Shown in pieces: positions 35,640 to 48,010 of a DNA stretch of 64,000 nt. The notes under the pieces are model-generated. The model saw only the letters and a list, made by a program, of their open reading frames with translations. It searched no databases and was not told the DNA's origin. The position numbers and the translations under genes were made by a program. The stretch is from Camelus dromedarius. Its lineage: Eukaryota. Location of the stretch: NCBI RefSeq assembly GCF_036321535.1, contig NC_087437.1, positions 27,282,001-27,346,000 on the forward strand. The letters run 5' to 3'. Position 1 is the stretch's first letter, and every line of letters starts with the position of its first letter.

Positions 35640-37290
35640 CCAATCCCACCGCTGCTCACAGGCCACCCCCTCTCACCTCCTCAAGGACACTGCTGAGGGA
35701 TTCTATCCTCTCTCTACCACATAATCAGTTCCCCTCTATTGGATCAGGCCCATCAGCACACAAACATGCTGTCATTTTCTCATCTTTAAAAAAATAATCT
35801 CACTTAAGTCCTCCTCCAGCTGTTAAACCCTTTCTCTCTTTCCCTTACAGCCAAGTCTCTCAGGGAGTTGTCTCTACTCTCAGCATCTCGGTCCTTTCTC
35901 CACTTTCTCTCTTGAACCCACTGCACTATTACTATGTTTCCCAGAGTGTCAAGCAGCTTCTGGGTGCCAAACCCAATGGTCAACCTTTATCCTCATCTTA
36001 CCTGGTTTCTGGCTTCTAGACACTGCCCTCGCCTGGCTTGGCTGCCTCACTGGTTACCATCTTGATGCACTTTGTTGGTTGATCCTCACCTCTTCTCTTC
36101 TCCGTCTTCATGCGCTCCCACTAGTGCTTTATGCAGTATCATGGCTTTGACTAGAAGTACTCTCGAGCAGATGTTTCCAGCCTGGACTTCTCCCTGCGTC
36201 CCACACTTGTGTGTCCTCCAATTACTTACTGAATATCCTGACTGGGATATTGAGTAGGCATCTCAGTGTGTCCCTGACCAAACCCGCGGTCTTCTCTTCC
36301 ACACCCTTGCTTTCTTTAGCCGCCTTCTTCTTGGTTGCAGGCAGTTCTGTTCTTCCTTGGCCTCATCCTTGATTCTTCTCTTACTCTCACATTTCATGTT
36401 GAACCCATCAGGAAAAGCTACTGGCACTACCTTCAGAGTCTAACCCCGTCTCCCCGTCTCTGCTGCTGCACCTGCTGCGCGTCACCACCGTCTCACTCAG
36501 ATGACCGCGAGGGCTTCCTAACCAGTCTCCCTGCTTCCGCACCCCCATCCTGCAGTCTGTTTTCAATGCAACAGCTGGTGGGATCTTTTAAAAATGAATT
36601 GGTTTAGGGGGGGAGGATATAGCTCAAGTGGTAGAGCAGATGCTTAGCATGCACAAGGTCCTAGGTTCAATCCCCAGCACTCCCCCTAAACATCCATAAA
36701 TTAATTACTTTCAAAAATAAAAATAAAAAACCCCAACTAGTTACATTAAAAAAAGAATTTGTTTTTATCAGTCCCCTGTTGAAACCCTTCTGGTGGATTC
36801 CAATCTCACCCAGAGTGTGCCGAGTCATTACAGTGGCCTACTAGGCTGTACGTGACTGGACTCCTCTGACTTCATCTCTTCCTGTTTCCTTGTGCAGTTT
36901 GGCACAGTGTGCTCCAGCCACTGGCTTCCTAACTGCACTTCAGATGTGCCAGGAACACTCCTACCTCAGGGCCTTTGCACTTACTGTTTCCTTTCCCTGT
37001 AAATTCCCCTAGAGATCCCCATGGCTTGCTCCTTCACTTCCATGTCTTTATTTAAATACCACTTTCTCAGGGAAGCCTTTATTACTTGGATTTGCAAACT
37101 TCTGCCCAATCACCCCTATTCAATTCCCCCACCCGTTTCCTTTCTCTTCTTTTTCTCCATAGCAATTATCATCATCTGATAAATTGTCCATTTTTAATTA
37201 TCTGTTTGTTTGTTTCCCCCATAACATGAGGGCAGGTGCCTTGGTCTGTTTTATTCACTGCTATTTTCCTAGTATCTAAGAATGCTGGCA
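35640..37290 (+). mobile_element. L2 fragment interrupted by a SINE
   Basis: catcagcacacaaacatgctg...ctacctcagggcctttgcacttactgtttcc...ttttattcactgct. Confidence 0.6.
36607..36755 (+). mobile_element. tRNA-derived SINE (camelid Vic-1-like)
   Basis: A box tagctcaagtgg, B box ggttcaatcc, A-rich tail; degenerate TSD aaaaatgaattggttt / aaaaaagaatttgttt. Confidence 0.88.
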
Positions 37291-40200
37291 CAATGTAGAA
37301 CAGTATTTCTCAAAAAAAATTTTTTTTCACTGTTGCACTTCATCCCAGGAGTCTTATTAGATATTCCTCCTAACCACCCTCCACCCATGGAATTTTGGTA
37401 CCACTGATATATTGTATATTGGTGTCTATATTGTATTTATATGTGTGCTTTGTATACATATACACTTTTCAAAGAGTAAGGGTTTTCTTGCCACCAAGAA
37501 CCAATTTTCACCTCCTTAGGGGGTCACTGATGCTGTGAAGAATGCACGATGTAGCTGGTGGACATGGGTATGCTGGGTGAGTACATTTTACCTGGAGTAG
37601 GATGCAGGGATGGAGTCCTGTGTGGCTAGCAGATTTGGAGTTTCTTGGTGGAAGCCAGTGATGCATACTGAAGGGAGTTAGTGTTGTATAGGTGAGGAGG
37701 GAAGGAAGAAGGGGAGAGGACAGTCCAGTTAGCAACCCCAGGGCCCAAGGAGAGGAAGAAAGGGGGTTGGTAGTATTAGGTGTGATGGAGTTTCTGATTG
37801 AGAACCGAAATTTGTCCTTTGAGTCAGAAAGTCACTGTTGACCTTGATATAAGCTGTTTCTGGGGCTGGTGGTTATAGAAGCTGAAGGGAGGGAATTTGG
37901 GGCAATGGAGATAGAATAGTTGCCAAAGGGATGATAGGAGCCCATGTGGGTTTTTGGATTTTTTTTTTTTAAGAAGTTGAAAGACCTGGTTGGCAACTGG
38001 AATGGAATTTCAAATCTCTTTATTAAAAGAAAAATTTTAATCCAGCATACTTCGGGGATTGTCAACATATGAGATGGAAACTGATGGCTGTTTAATAACA
38101 AGGTTTAAAGTTTAGGATTTGTGAAAGAATCCATCTCCAACTTGAACATGAAACAGCTCTTTTTTGTTAGCAGGGCAGGAGGGAGGGGAAGCAGGGACTT
38201 GCTTTCTCCATGTTTCTGTCAGTTTGTCCAAAGGTCCAACTGTTTATGGAGGGTCTTTCTTACAAATGAACAACATTATAACAGTGAAATGGGAATTACG
38301 GTACAGATTTACCCACAATCCCACCAATATAAAAAGCAAGACTTCCCTTTTTTTGTTCCTTTCAAATTTTTGTCTATCTTAATATACATTTCACATATTA
38401 CTATAATCGTTACGAATTTTTGAGGTCACATTCTGTTCTTTTTACTCAGAAGATAAGCATTTCCCGCGTCATACAGGTTGTCTTTATAAATGTCATTTAG
38501 AAAACTACATGGGTTTTCCATCAAACTGATGCACTGCTGTCCATTAGGTTTGCCTTCCATTATTTTAGTATTACAGCTAATGCTTCCACGAACAAATTTC
38601 AAGCCCGTACCTTTTTCTTTCTTATTATGGGGGTGTGTGATGAACAGGAATAACCTTTTTGGATGAATTCCCAGGAAAGGAATTACTTGGGCCAGAGCAG
38701 TGCGTTCTAAAAGAATACTCTCTAAATACGTAAAGATACAAGGTAACCTGGAGCTGGTGAGTTGTATTTTGTAACTTACGTATTAAACTCCTGGTTCAAA
38801 GCTCTATTTCCTTTCTGTGAAGTCCAGAAAGCAGAGACTTTTGACAAGACTTGGAGTCAGAAACAGAGCTAGAAGAGGCTAGTCATCGAGTTCACTCTCC
38901 CAATAGAGCAGAAGGCAGCCAAGTCACAGGAGGGAGAGGGGAAAAGAAAAGCCACATTGCATAACTCTCAGCGCGTGGAGAAAGGCTGTCATCCCCTCGT
39001 TACTACAATCTGCTGTTATGAAACAGAGCTGAGTAAGCTGTGAGTTAATGACTTGAGTGGAAACGCAGGCACAGGGGTGCTCTCCGTAGGAAAATCCCCC
39101 TCCTGCCATCATTTGGTGGGAGGCTCCACTCCTTGGGGGATGTGTCTTGCCTCTGGACCCCACTCTCCCGAGCTTCTGATCTGTAGCACACCCCCCCCCC
39201 CGCTTTTCTGCAAAGCCTTTTCTAGTCTTTCCCTCTCTGTCCCTTGTCAGATATTCCAAACCTCCCCCACTCTGAAGCACCGTCACACCCCCGCTCCATT
39301 TCCCTTAGTCTCTTGTGCCTGGTTTACAAAAGACTTGAAAATATCTAGTGAACCGCTCTCTTCCACTTCACAGAGAACACAGGCTTTCGGGGGGATTCCC
39401 GCAACTTTTCTGTCCCCTAGTGCCACCCTTCTTTTTGCTCCATGCCCAATCTTTCCTCCTTTCTTAGTGAAAAAAATTTTTTTTCTCCTGTTCAAGACTT
39501 GGCTTCCTCCCTGTGCTCTGGGCCTTTCTCACCTTCACAGGGTCTTTTCTAAATCCATTAGTTACCTCCCTCTCCTTCCTGTCTTCAGCCTCCTCCTCCC
39601 TCCTGCTCTGTCCCCTCAGCATAGAATCATACTCAAGAACCACCCCCCACCCCCGTTGTAAACACCCCTAGCCTGGCCTTAGGACTCTTCTAGCTACTCC
39701 CCGACCTCAGTCTTTCCCTGGGTCCTCACCTCTCCATTCCCTCCTCAGCTCCTACAAGGACCTCCCTTCCCCACCACTCCCTCAAGACTGCTTTGGCAAA
39801 GGTCCCCTGTGCCCTTACGATGGAAGATTCAGAGGGCTACTTTCGTTGTCTCTCATTGGACAGCCCTGTGGTGGTCACGACTGTGGACTGGTACTTCCTT
39901 GTTGAAGGTTGCTCCCCCATGGTACCCCCCCCCACGCTGGTTTCCTTCCAGCTCACTGGCCATCCCCTCTCATTCTTCTTTGGAAATCCCTCCTCCTCTA
40001 CCCATAAATATTGGTGTTTTCTAGGCCACATCTTTGTTTACCTTCTCATTCAGTTCCCCTCTCTGGGAAACTTCATCTTCAGGTGTGGCTCCAACTACCA
40101 CTTCTAATCTGCCGAATCTCACCTGTCCACCTCTACCCCAGGCCTCACTCATGACCTCCAAATCTGCAGAACTGATGGTGTCTCTAGTTGCTGGCCTGTA

Positions 40201-40799
40201 AGTGAACCTCATTAAACATGACCCAGAAGAATTTCATCTTCTCTCTAAACTTTCCCCCTCTGTATATCTTGGTAAATTATCACAACCATCCATCCAGCAG
40301 AAATCTGAGGTTCATCCTCTGTCCCCAGGTTCTGTTGATTGTTTCATCTGTTTATTTTGGAAATACCCCCCCCCCCCCCACTTTCCAGCCCTCTGACAGT
40401 GCTTTGGTCTGGACCTCCAATACTGGAGTCAGAAGTCAGCCTTCTGACTATCCTCCCTGCCTCTCTATTAGTCTTCTTCTAATCCATCTCTGTGCTGACA
40501 CATACATGCTTAACATCTTAAATGGTATCCCATTGCCTAAAGATAAAATTAGCTGCCTCCATACAGCAAACAAAGGTCCTCACATCCTGGTCCCGGCTTC
40601 CTCCTCCCTCTCACGCATCCTTTGCACTCTGGCCACCGTAGGCTCCTCGTACATTTGCTCATGTTGATCCTTTGCTCAGAATGGCTTCATCAATGCCATC
40701 TAGTGATTGCTAACTCTAATCCTTCCTTTCCTCTGATTTCCCTGTGCCTTGCCCTGACAGAGAGTAATTCTTCTTGGAGCTTTCTGAACAAAAATCAGT

Positions 40800-41165
40800 C
40801 ATTGTGGTAGTCACTAGTGCTAACCCACCGTGTGTAGTTCTGGTTCTTCCCCATTCGGAGCTCACGATAGGATTGCACATTTTGGCCCCTTGGAAGGTAT
40901 ATGTGGCTATGTAACAACCTTGGCCAATAAAATATAAATGGAAGTGGCATGGGTCTGTTCCGGGTCAGAGAATTTAGTTGCCCGTGTGAGAGCCTCCACA
41001 GCTCTTTCACAGCTGGTGACAATCCAGATGGTGGCTATGTCCTGGGATGGACCTACAGCTAATCTCTGACGAACATGTACTGTGAGCAAGAAATCAATCT
41101 TTGCTGATTTAAACCTATGATGTTTGGACTTCTTATTAAAACGTAACCTTTCCCGTCTTGACTGG
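40800..41165 (+). mobile_element. MaLR LTR (MLT1I/J-like)
   Basis: ttggccaataaaatataaatggaagtg...tgtgagcaagaaatcaatctttgctgatttaaacct...cttgactggt. Confidence 0.6.
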
Positions 41166-41655
41166 TGTGCCTGTACAGCTCTTACAAATGGCCAGCTATT
41201 TAAAAGCACTTCTTCTAGATTATTAGTTGTTTGTGAACAAGTTCCCTCTCTCATTCCCACTGTGTCCTCAGAGTCTAGAAGAATGCTTGGGCACATAAGC
41301 AACCAATGATCTTTTTCTTGGTGAGGGGGTGTTGAGCTGAGGATGCATAAACTCTAACTTACAAAGAATTTGAGTCTTACATGTCAAGTCATACGGTTTT
41401 CAATAGATCATTGGAAGGTAATAAGAATAAGATTTAAAAAGTATTTGTTTTTACTAACTGCTAAGTAGGTTCCTTTATTACTTGCCATTAATCCATGTTT
41501 TATTTGATCTTTCTAAATGCATGGCATTCATTTCAGTTGCCTTAAAATTTATTTTATCTCTGTCTCCTGAGTTCTTCTGTTATATTTTATCCTGAAACTT
41601 TTTATCTATTACTGATTCTGGTCTAATTGTCATATCTTTTAATCCTACAATTCTT

Positions 41656-41768
41656 TGGGGGGGGTAATTAGGCTTATTTATTTATTTTTAATGGAGGTAC
41701 TGGGGAATGAACCCAGGACCTCATGCATGCTAGGCATGTGCTCTGCCACTGTGCTCTACCTCTCCCCC
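41656..41768 (-). mobile_element. tRNA-derived SINE (Vic-1-like) with 17-bp TSD
   Basis: Reverse-strand A/B boxes; perfect TSD ttaatcctacaattctt at 41639-41655 and 41769-41785. Confidence 0.92.
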
Positions 41769-42880
41769 TTAATCCTACAATTCTTAAAACAAGAATCAGT
41801 AAATCCAGTCTGAACCTAGGCATTTAGGCATTAACCAAGAGTACTGGGTGGTTAGACTATCACACGCCACCAAAGCAAGAAAGGCAGGGAGCTGGTGGGA
41901 AGCGAGAATAGCCAGGCATTCACTGAAAGACAACACAGCAAGTTGGGGAAAGCGTAGCTTTTGGAATGAGGAAAGTTTGGGATTAATCTGGTTTTGCCAT
42001 TTACTGCTCGTGTGGGCCTCTGATACCTTGGCTGCCTTATCTGTAAATGTGCGTGGTAATAGAAATAAGTCAGAACTTTTGAGAGACACTGTGAGATTCT
42101 TTATGTGGAAACTCTTTGTAAATTTTCTTGTAATCACTTAAATATTTTTTTAACATGACGAGAACAGCAGAAAAATTATCTTTCCACCCAGAGTGGGAGA
42201 CTTAAGAACTCAGGGTCGATGGCTGGGGGCGGGTGGGAGTTATTTGGCCCACAGGTGTTAGAGCACATATCTGCATGTTGGGAACTGAGATTCTCCCATA
42301 GAAGTCCTTAGATTCCATGGAATTCAGGTGAGCTTTCTATCTTGTAGCTCAGTTGTTTTTTTTCATGACCAAGTGGGTGACTATTGCTGTACATAATCCA
42401 GGAACTTTGGATTTGTAGTTAATGACTTACTTGCTACCTGTCACACACTTTCCTCAGTGTCCGATGTATTGTTCCCCTTCCTGTTTCTATTTCCTTTGTG
42501 CAATTTCTTGCACCTGCTCTGTATTGGCTTGTCTCAAACGATGTTTGGGCTGATGGCACACCTCCAAAGAGGACCCCTGAGAGTCTCCTTAGAAGAAGCA
42601 GAGCTCTTCCACAGGAGGTGGGCAGACAGAGGTGGAAATACTAGCTTTATTTCTGATAAAGTGTTGGAGTCTGTGGTTTAGATCATCCACCAAGGTCCAC
42701 TGAATTCGTCAGCCTCACCCACTCAGTCACAGGCAGGGCTGGACAGCTGAGCACCTCCCTATCCAGGGCAGGGCTGGCCCCCTGACCGAGTGAGAAGGGA
42801 ACTCCTGTAACTGGTGGGCATGTTTAGAAAGAGAGGAAGCCTCTGGGGCTGGGAGCCAAGTTTGCTCACTTTCCTTCTTC

Positions 42881-42975
42881 TTTTTTTTTTTTTTTTTTTT
42901 AATGGCAGTACTGGGGATTGAACCCAGACACTCATGTATGTCAAGCACGTGCTCTACCACTGAGCTATTTCCATC
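42881..42975 (-). mobile_element. tRNA-derived SINE (Vic-1-like) with T20 tail
   Basis: ctggggattgaacccag...gctctaccactgagcta preceded by poly(T). Confidence 0.9.
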
Positions 42976-43267
42976 TTCACTGCTCAGTTTCTTTCTGCAA
43001 ACTCATCCATCAGATCTCTCATCCCATCTGAGGCCAGGTGGGTGTGGATGAAGTATGAGACCCTTCCAAGAAATACACAGCTAAAGGCATGAAAGCCAAA
43101 CATTCCAGCTTGAGTTTGACCAGAAAACCTCCCAGCTGTGTGGAAACAATACTAAATACTACTTCTCCCTTCCCCTTTCCTTCTGATGACCTCTCCCACC
43201 CCTAACAAGGAGGGCATCTGACTCTTGGCCTCACCTGATTCCACCTGCCTTGGCTAGCATCCACCTC

Positions 43268-43445
43268 GGTAGTTCTCAACCCTGGCAGCACATAGAATCA
43301 CTCGGGGAGTTTGAAAATCATGCCAGTGCTCAGGCCCCACCTCCAGAGGTCCTGACTCAGTTCGTCTGGGACGGAGCCTTGGCATCAAGAGTTTTCAAGG
43401 CTCCCCGGGTGATGCTAAAGCACAGCCAGGCTTCCAGACCACTGA
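43268..43445. mobile_element. MER5A hAT element
   Basis: gttctcaaccctggcagcacatagaatcac...ctccccgggtgatgctaaagcacagccagg...accactg. Confidence 0.75.
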
Positions 43446-43819
43446 TCTAATGGTTGAGGTCTCATCAACCCTATTTGTCTTCATCTGGCCAGATGTGAAA
43501 TGCAGGTGACCCCATCTGTGAAGCTCTCAGAACGAAGTGGCCTCTGATGATGATGGCAGCCATGGGGCCGCCACTTCTTCCGAGATTAAAGCCGTGATGG
43601 TAGCTTCAGAGATCCTGTTTTTCTTCTCAACTTGTCCTTCACATAAAAGATACATTGAAAAAAAGTTGCATTTGGCCCAGTGGTGCTCAGCTATTCATTT
43701 TCTTTAAAGAGACTTAAGGGGGGAGATTTCTTTCTTCTTACAGAAATGCTCTTGATCTGACTTTCCCCTCCGCTCAGCCCATCTGCAGCCAGTCATGATG
43801 AAAATCCAGTAAAAGACAT

Positions 43820-44400
43820 TCCCTGACATAAGCTCGATGCATTCATTGCCTTTAATATCACCCCTAATCTCACACCCAGGTATCGAGGCGGGCTTCTGAT
43901 GGCTACGTGGTCAGGGAGAATGAAATCCATGACCCTGGCACTTAAAAGGAGGAGACTTGATGATATGATAGAACCGTTTAAAATACAATTTTCTCGGTAC
44001 TGCGCCTGAATTTCTCTCAGTTGAGCTGTATCTACCTGACTCCAGCCTATCGCAGGCAGCCCCATCAGTGAGTCTTAATCACCCTCGGTGGCTGAGGGGC
44101 GGCAGCTGCTTTGGTGCATATGTGTCTCTGATAACAGAACCCATTTAACGGCTCCGAATCCACAGGGTATGATTATGTCGGGGTAATAACTCCGGAGAAT
44201 GGCTTTGCCACAGTTACATCACGCAGAGAGGGAGCGAGATACGAATCCTGCATAAATTAGTCTGCCAGGTACAGTTAGCGATTAGTCAGCGCTAGCCTAC
44301 CTGTAATAAAAGTGTGTCACACCGCAGCCAGTCTAGGGGTTTAGCTGCACGGCTCCGTGAAAGGCAGATCTGCCATTGTTTAATTTAAATGAGTTTTGTG
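43820..44400. promoter_or_regulatory. CpG-retaining non-repeat block in CLRN1 intron 1 (candidate enhancer)
   Basis: About 22 CpG in about 540 bp (hand count). Contains E-boxes and POU-, OTX/CRX- and SOX-like motifs. Confidence 0.45.
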
Positions 44401-45049
44401 TTTTAAAAATGACGCCTTTAGCTCTATGAAATCCCTGGTATAGCTCAGAAATAAAAATAAGCTTTTATTTTTTCATGTTTTGAAAAAAAAGAGATTTTAA
44501 TTTATGCTCTAATTCTATCCCATTGACTTAATAAAGCATCCGTTTTTGAAGTGAATCAAATGCTATGTACCTGCTTGCTTTTTTTTTTTTTTTTGTCCCT
44601 GTTTCTGTTTTGAAACTGTTCATGTCACCTCAGGAAGGAGCCTGCCGTTCTGGTCCTTGCTGTGGTGAAATAATTGTTGTCGTCAAAGCAACTAACTTTG
44701 AAGATTATATGGTGAATGTTTTCACTGGCAGAGATTTTAAGTCAGCTAACCATGTGTGTAATCAGATAACTTTGTCTTCAATACAAAACTGTCAACATCA
44801 AGGTATTATAATTCTGTAACCCAAAGATTAGCCATAAGCATGTGACTTGCTCAGCCTAGATTATTAAGCAGACTTGGCTTAAGTATTTTACTTTCCAAAG
44901 GTCAAAGATTGGGGCTGAGGTATCAGGGCCATTGAAATGTGAAATAAAAAGGCAATGAATGAGTTCAAGTCTTAAGGCCAAGTACCATCACACGGTTATA
45001 TAAGAACTAGCTCTTGTGAGGTACCAACAGAATTTTTTCATCTTTGAGC

Positions 45050-45870
45050 TTTTTTTTTTTAAACTGAAGTATAGTTGACTTTCAATATTGTATTAGTTTC
45101 AGGTGTACAATATTGTAATGCAGTCTTTTTATAGATTATACTCCATACAAAGTTATTATGAAATACTGACTATGTTCCCTGTGCTGTACATTACACACCT
45201 GTAAGTATTTTATAGCTGATAGTTTGTATCTCTTAATCCCTTTTACCTATTTTGCCTCCCGTTCCTCTCCCCTCTGGTAACCACTAGTTTGTTTTCTGTG
45301 TCTGTGAGTCTGTTTCTGTTTTGTTCTATTTGTTCATTTTGCATTTTAGATTCCACATATAGTTGAAAACATAGTATTTGTCTTTCTCTTTGTAACTTAT
45401 TTCACTAAGTATAACACCCTCCAGGTCCATCCACGTTGTCACAAATGGCAAGATTTCTTTCTTTTTATGGCTGAGTAATATTCCATTGTGTGTGTGTGTG
45501 TGTGTGTGTATATATTACACATATATATTTTATATATATTACATTGTATGTGTGTGTGTATACACACACACACACACACACACACACATCTCATCTTCTT
45601 TATCCAGTCATCTGTTGATGGACATTTAGGTTGTTTCTATATCTTGGCTATCATAAATAATGCTGCTATGAACAGTGGGGTGCATGTATCTTTTCAAATT
45701 AATGTTTTTGCTTTCTTTGGATAAATATCCAGGTATGGAATTGCTTGATCATGTGATAGTTCTGTTTTTAAATGTTTGAGGAACCTCCATATTGTTTTCC
45801 ACAGTGGCTGCACATATTTACATTCCTACTAACAGTGCTATAAGGTTCCCTTTTCTCCACATCCTCACCA
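45050..45870 (-). mobile_element. L1 3' end containing (TG)n/(TA)n/(CA)n microsatellite
   Basis: Poly(T) at about 45050; ctttttatggctgagtaatattccattgtg...tctgttgatggacatttaggttg...ggttcccttttctccacatcctcacca. Confidence 0.9.
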
Positions 45871-47796
45871 ATTCAGTACAGTATTTTAAATAGATGGTGA
45901 AACTGAGGTCTACTCTTATATTTTCTTCATCTCTTTGCATCCTTTTTGCATATTGTAAGGAGACAGAACGTGGCAGAGGAATGAGCAAATCCATCACAGG
46001 CGTCTGAATTTCAGTCCTAGGTCTGCTACCTCCTAGGTCTGTGACTCTTGGAGTTTCCAGTTTCCATGTTTGTTCAATAGGAGTGGCCTCATAACGCCTC
46101 CCATATAAGGGTTGAAGATAATGTATACAGAGTGCCTGGCACCGAGGAAGCATCCAGTAAATGAGTGGTTTTTTTCTTCTGGATTGTCTGAAAGTCCCTG
46201 GGGAAGATGACTCACCCTCAGAGATTAAATGAGAAAGCAGAGCAGCAAATTGTGAGAACAATTTAAGAGTCATCCTCCAGCAGATAAAGTTCACACACCA
46301 GAGTTAAGTTCCAGAAGTTTCACTTAGGTAGGACCTGGCATGCAGAACTTCAGAGCAGCCTTGTCAGCCTCTCTTTTATCTCTCAGGTAAGCCCAGGTCA
46401 ATAAATTTACTGGCTGTTTAGGGTGTAGGGTAATTTAAAGGGAAGGAGGTATGTTGGGGGTGGTGTGTGTGTGTACACATATATGCAAAATTATAGTCCT
46501 CAAATAAGACTAATATTGTGGATTTTTTTCTGGTAAGGGTGTTGCAGGTAGTTGTCAGGGAGGAGGACGAAATAAATGTCTTTGTCCTGCACTAACCAAG
46601 AAGAATCAGAAGTTCCTTTTCTCAAAAGCGTCTTTCCTACATTGCTCTCTAATTCGAGGATAATTTCTGCTGAAGTTCTGCCTTTGGGTAAAGAATACCC
46701 TTGGAGTGTTAAGTATGCTAGTCATTCCTCATTTCTTGCTATTACCAGTTTATGAAATCTGATCCAGCAAAGAGGAGTTTTTCAGTGAGGATGGAAGAGG
46801 AGTTTCTAGAGAAAAAAAAAAAAAAAATGGAAGGAAATAGGGCAGCCTCTCCCTGTCTTTTGATCTCCTTTTTTTGCTTTCTCAATAATTCTCTTTTAAT
46901 TATTTGTGTGTTTGTGGCTGCTCCTGCTCTTCAGAACCCACTGCCCCATCTCCCTAGAACTCCAAAACATCCCATCCCATTTTTCATTTTCTCCTTCTTT
47001 CACTTGCAATTTTCTACACAAAAAGTAAAAGGTTATGACAGGGAAAAAAGGAGTCTTCACTTTGATAATGAAATTCCTCTGGGTCCTAATAAATGGCAGG
47101 TATTTCAGAATACTTTACTTTAAAAATCATGAGCTTTGAGAACCAAAGAGCAAAGGCACACAGAACTCACCACTGCTAATAATGGTGGCTAAAATCCGTC
47201 AGTGGAGGCTTCAAGCGACTGAAACTAGAAGGGTCATGCAAATTTAAAGCTGAAAGAACCTTGTCAAGAACAGTCAGCTCCTCATTATATAGATCACAGA
47301 GTGTTTGAAATGGAAGAGATGTTAGAGATCACCTGTTTCACCTCCCATTTTATAGATGCAAGGGCTGAAAACCAATAAAGTGACATAATTTGTTGAAAGT
47401 CTAATCTCCAGTGAGTGGCAGAGCCCTGCTCCCACCCCAAATTGCTCCATCTCAATAGTGTCAGTTTACTAAACATTAGGTACCTCTGCGCCAGGCACTG
47501 TGCCAGGTCCAGGTTTGAGGGAGGAACGGGATGAATGACCCACAGCCCCTGCTTTCTTGGGGCTCACAGTCTCCTCGCAGAGAAGCACACATTCTCAAAT
47601 ACTCACCATACAAGGTGATAAGGCGTAATAGTGTGAACATCACGCTTTGGGAAGGACAGAGGAGGAAAACAGTTATTTGGCTGTGAGAAGTCAGTTTGCC
47701 CCTTCACACTGGTGCTTCCTAAACACTGCTGTCTTCCGTCCCACTAATCGCATTATTTTCGCAATGGGAGGAAAACATCTCTATTGGCTGGAGGTT

Positions 47797-48010
47797 TTTT
47801 TCTTTTTTTTTTTTTTTGGTATGTATGTATTTTTATTGAAGTATAGTCAGTTTACAGTGTGTCAATTTCTGGTGTACAGCATAACGCTTCAGTCATACAT
47901 GAACATACATATATTCATTTTCATATTCTTTTTCACAAGTTACTACAAGATATTGAATATAGTTCCCTGTGCTATACAGTATGAACATTTTGTTTACCTA
48001 TTTTATATAT
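47797..48010 (-). mobile_element. Short young L1 3' end
   Basis: Reverse complement of the same family as 6896-7291 (ttgaagtatagtcagtttaca...atattgaatatagttccctgtgctatacag). Confidence 0.85.

Noticed and set aside
36607..36680. tRNA-like sequences (also 41700, 42910, 61540, 63632)
   Set aside because: They have A/B boxes but no intact cloverleaf or acceptor stem, and carry A-rich tails and TSDs, so they are SINEs rather than tRNA genes.
39053..39661. 202-aa ORF on the plus strand
   Set aside because: Pro/Ser/Leu-rich translation of pyrimidine-rich, partly L2-like DNA, with a non-ATG start and no homology recognised.
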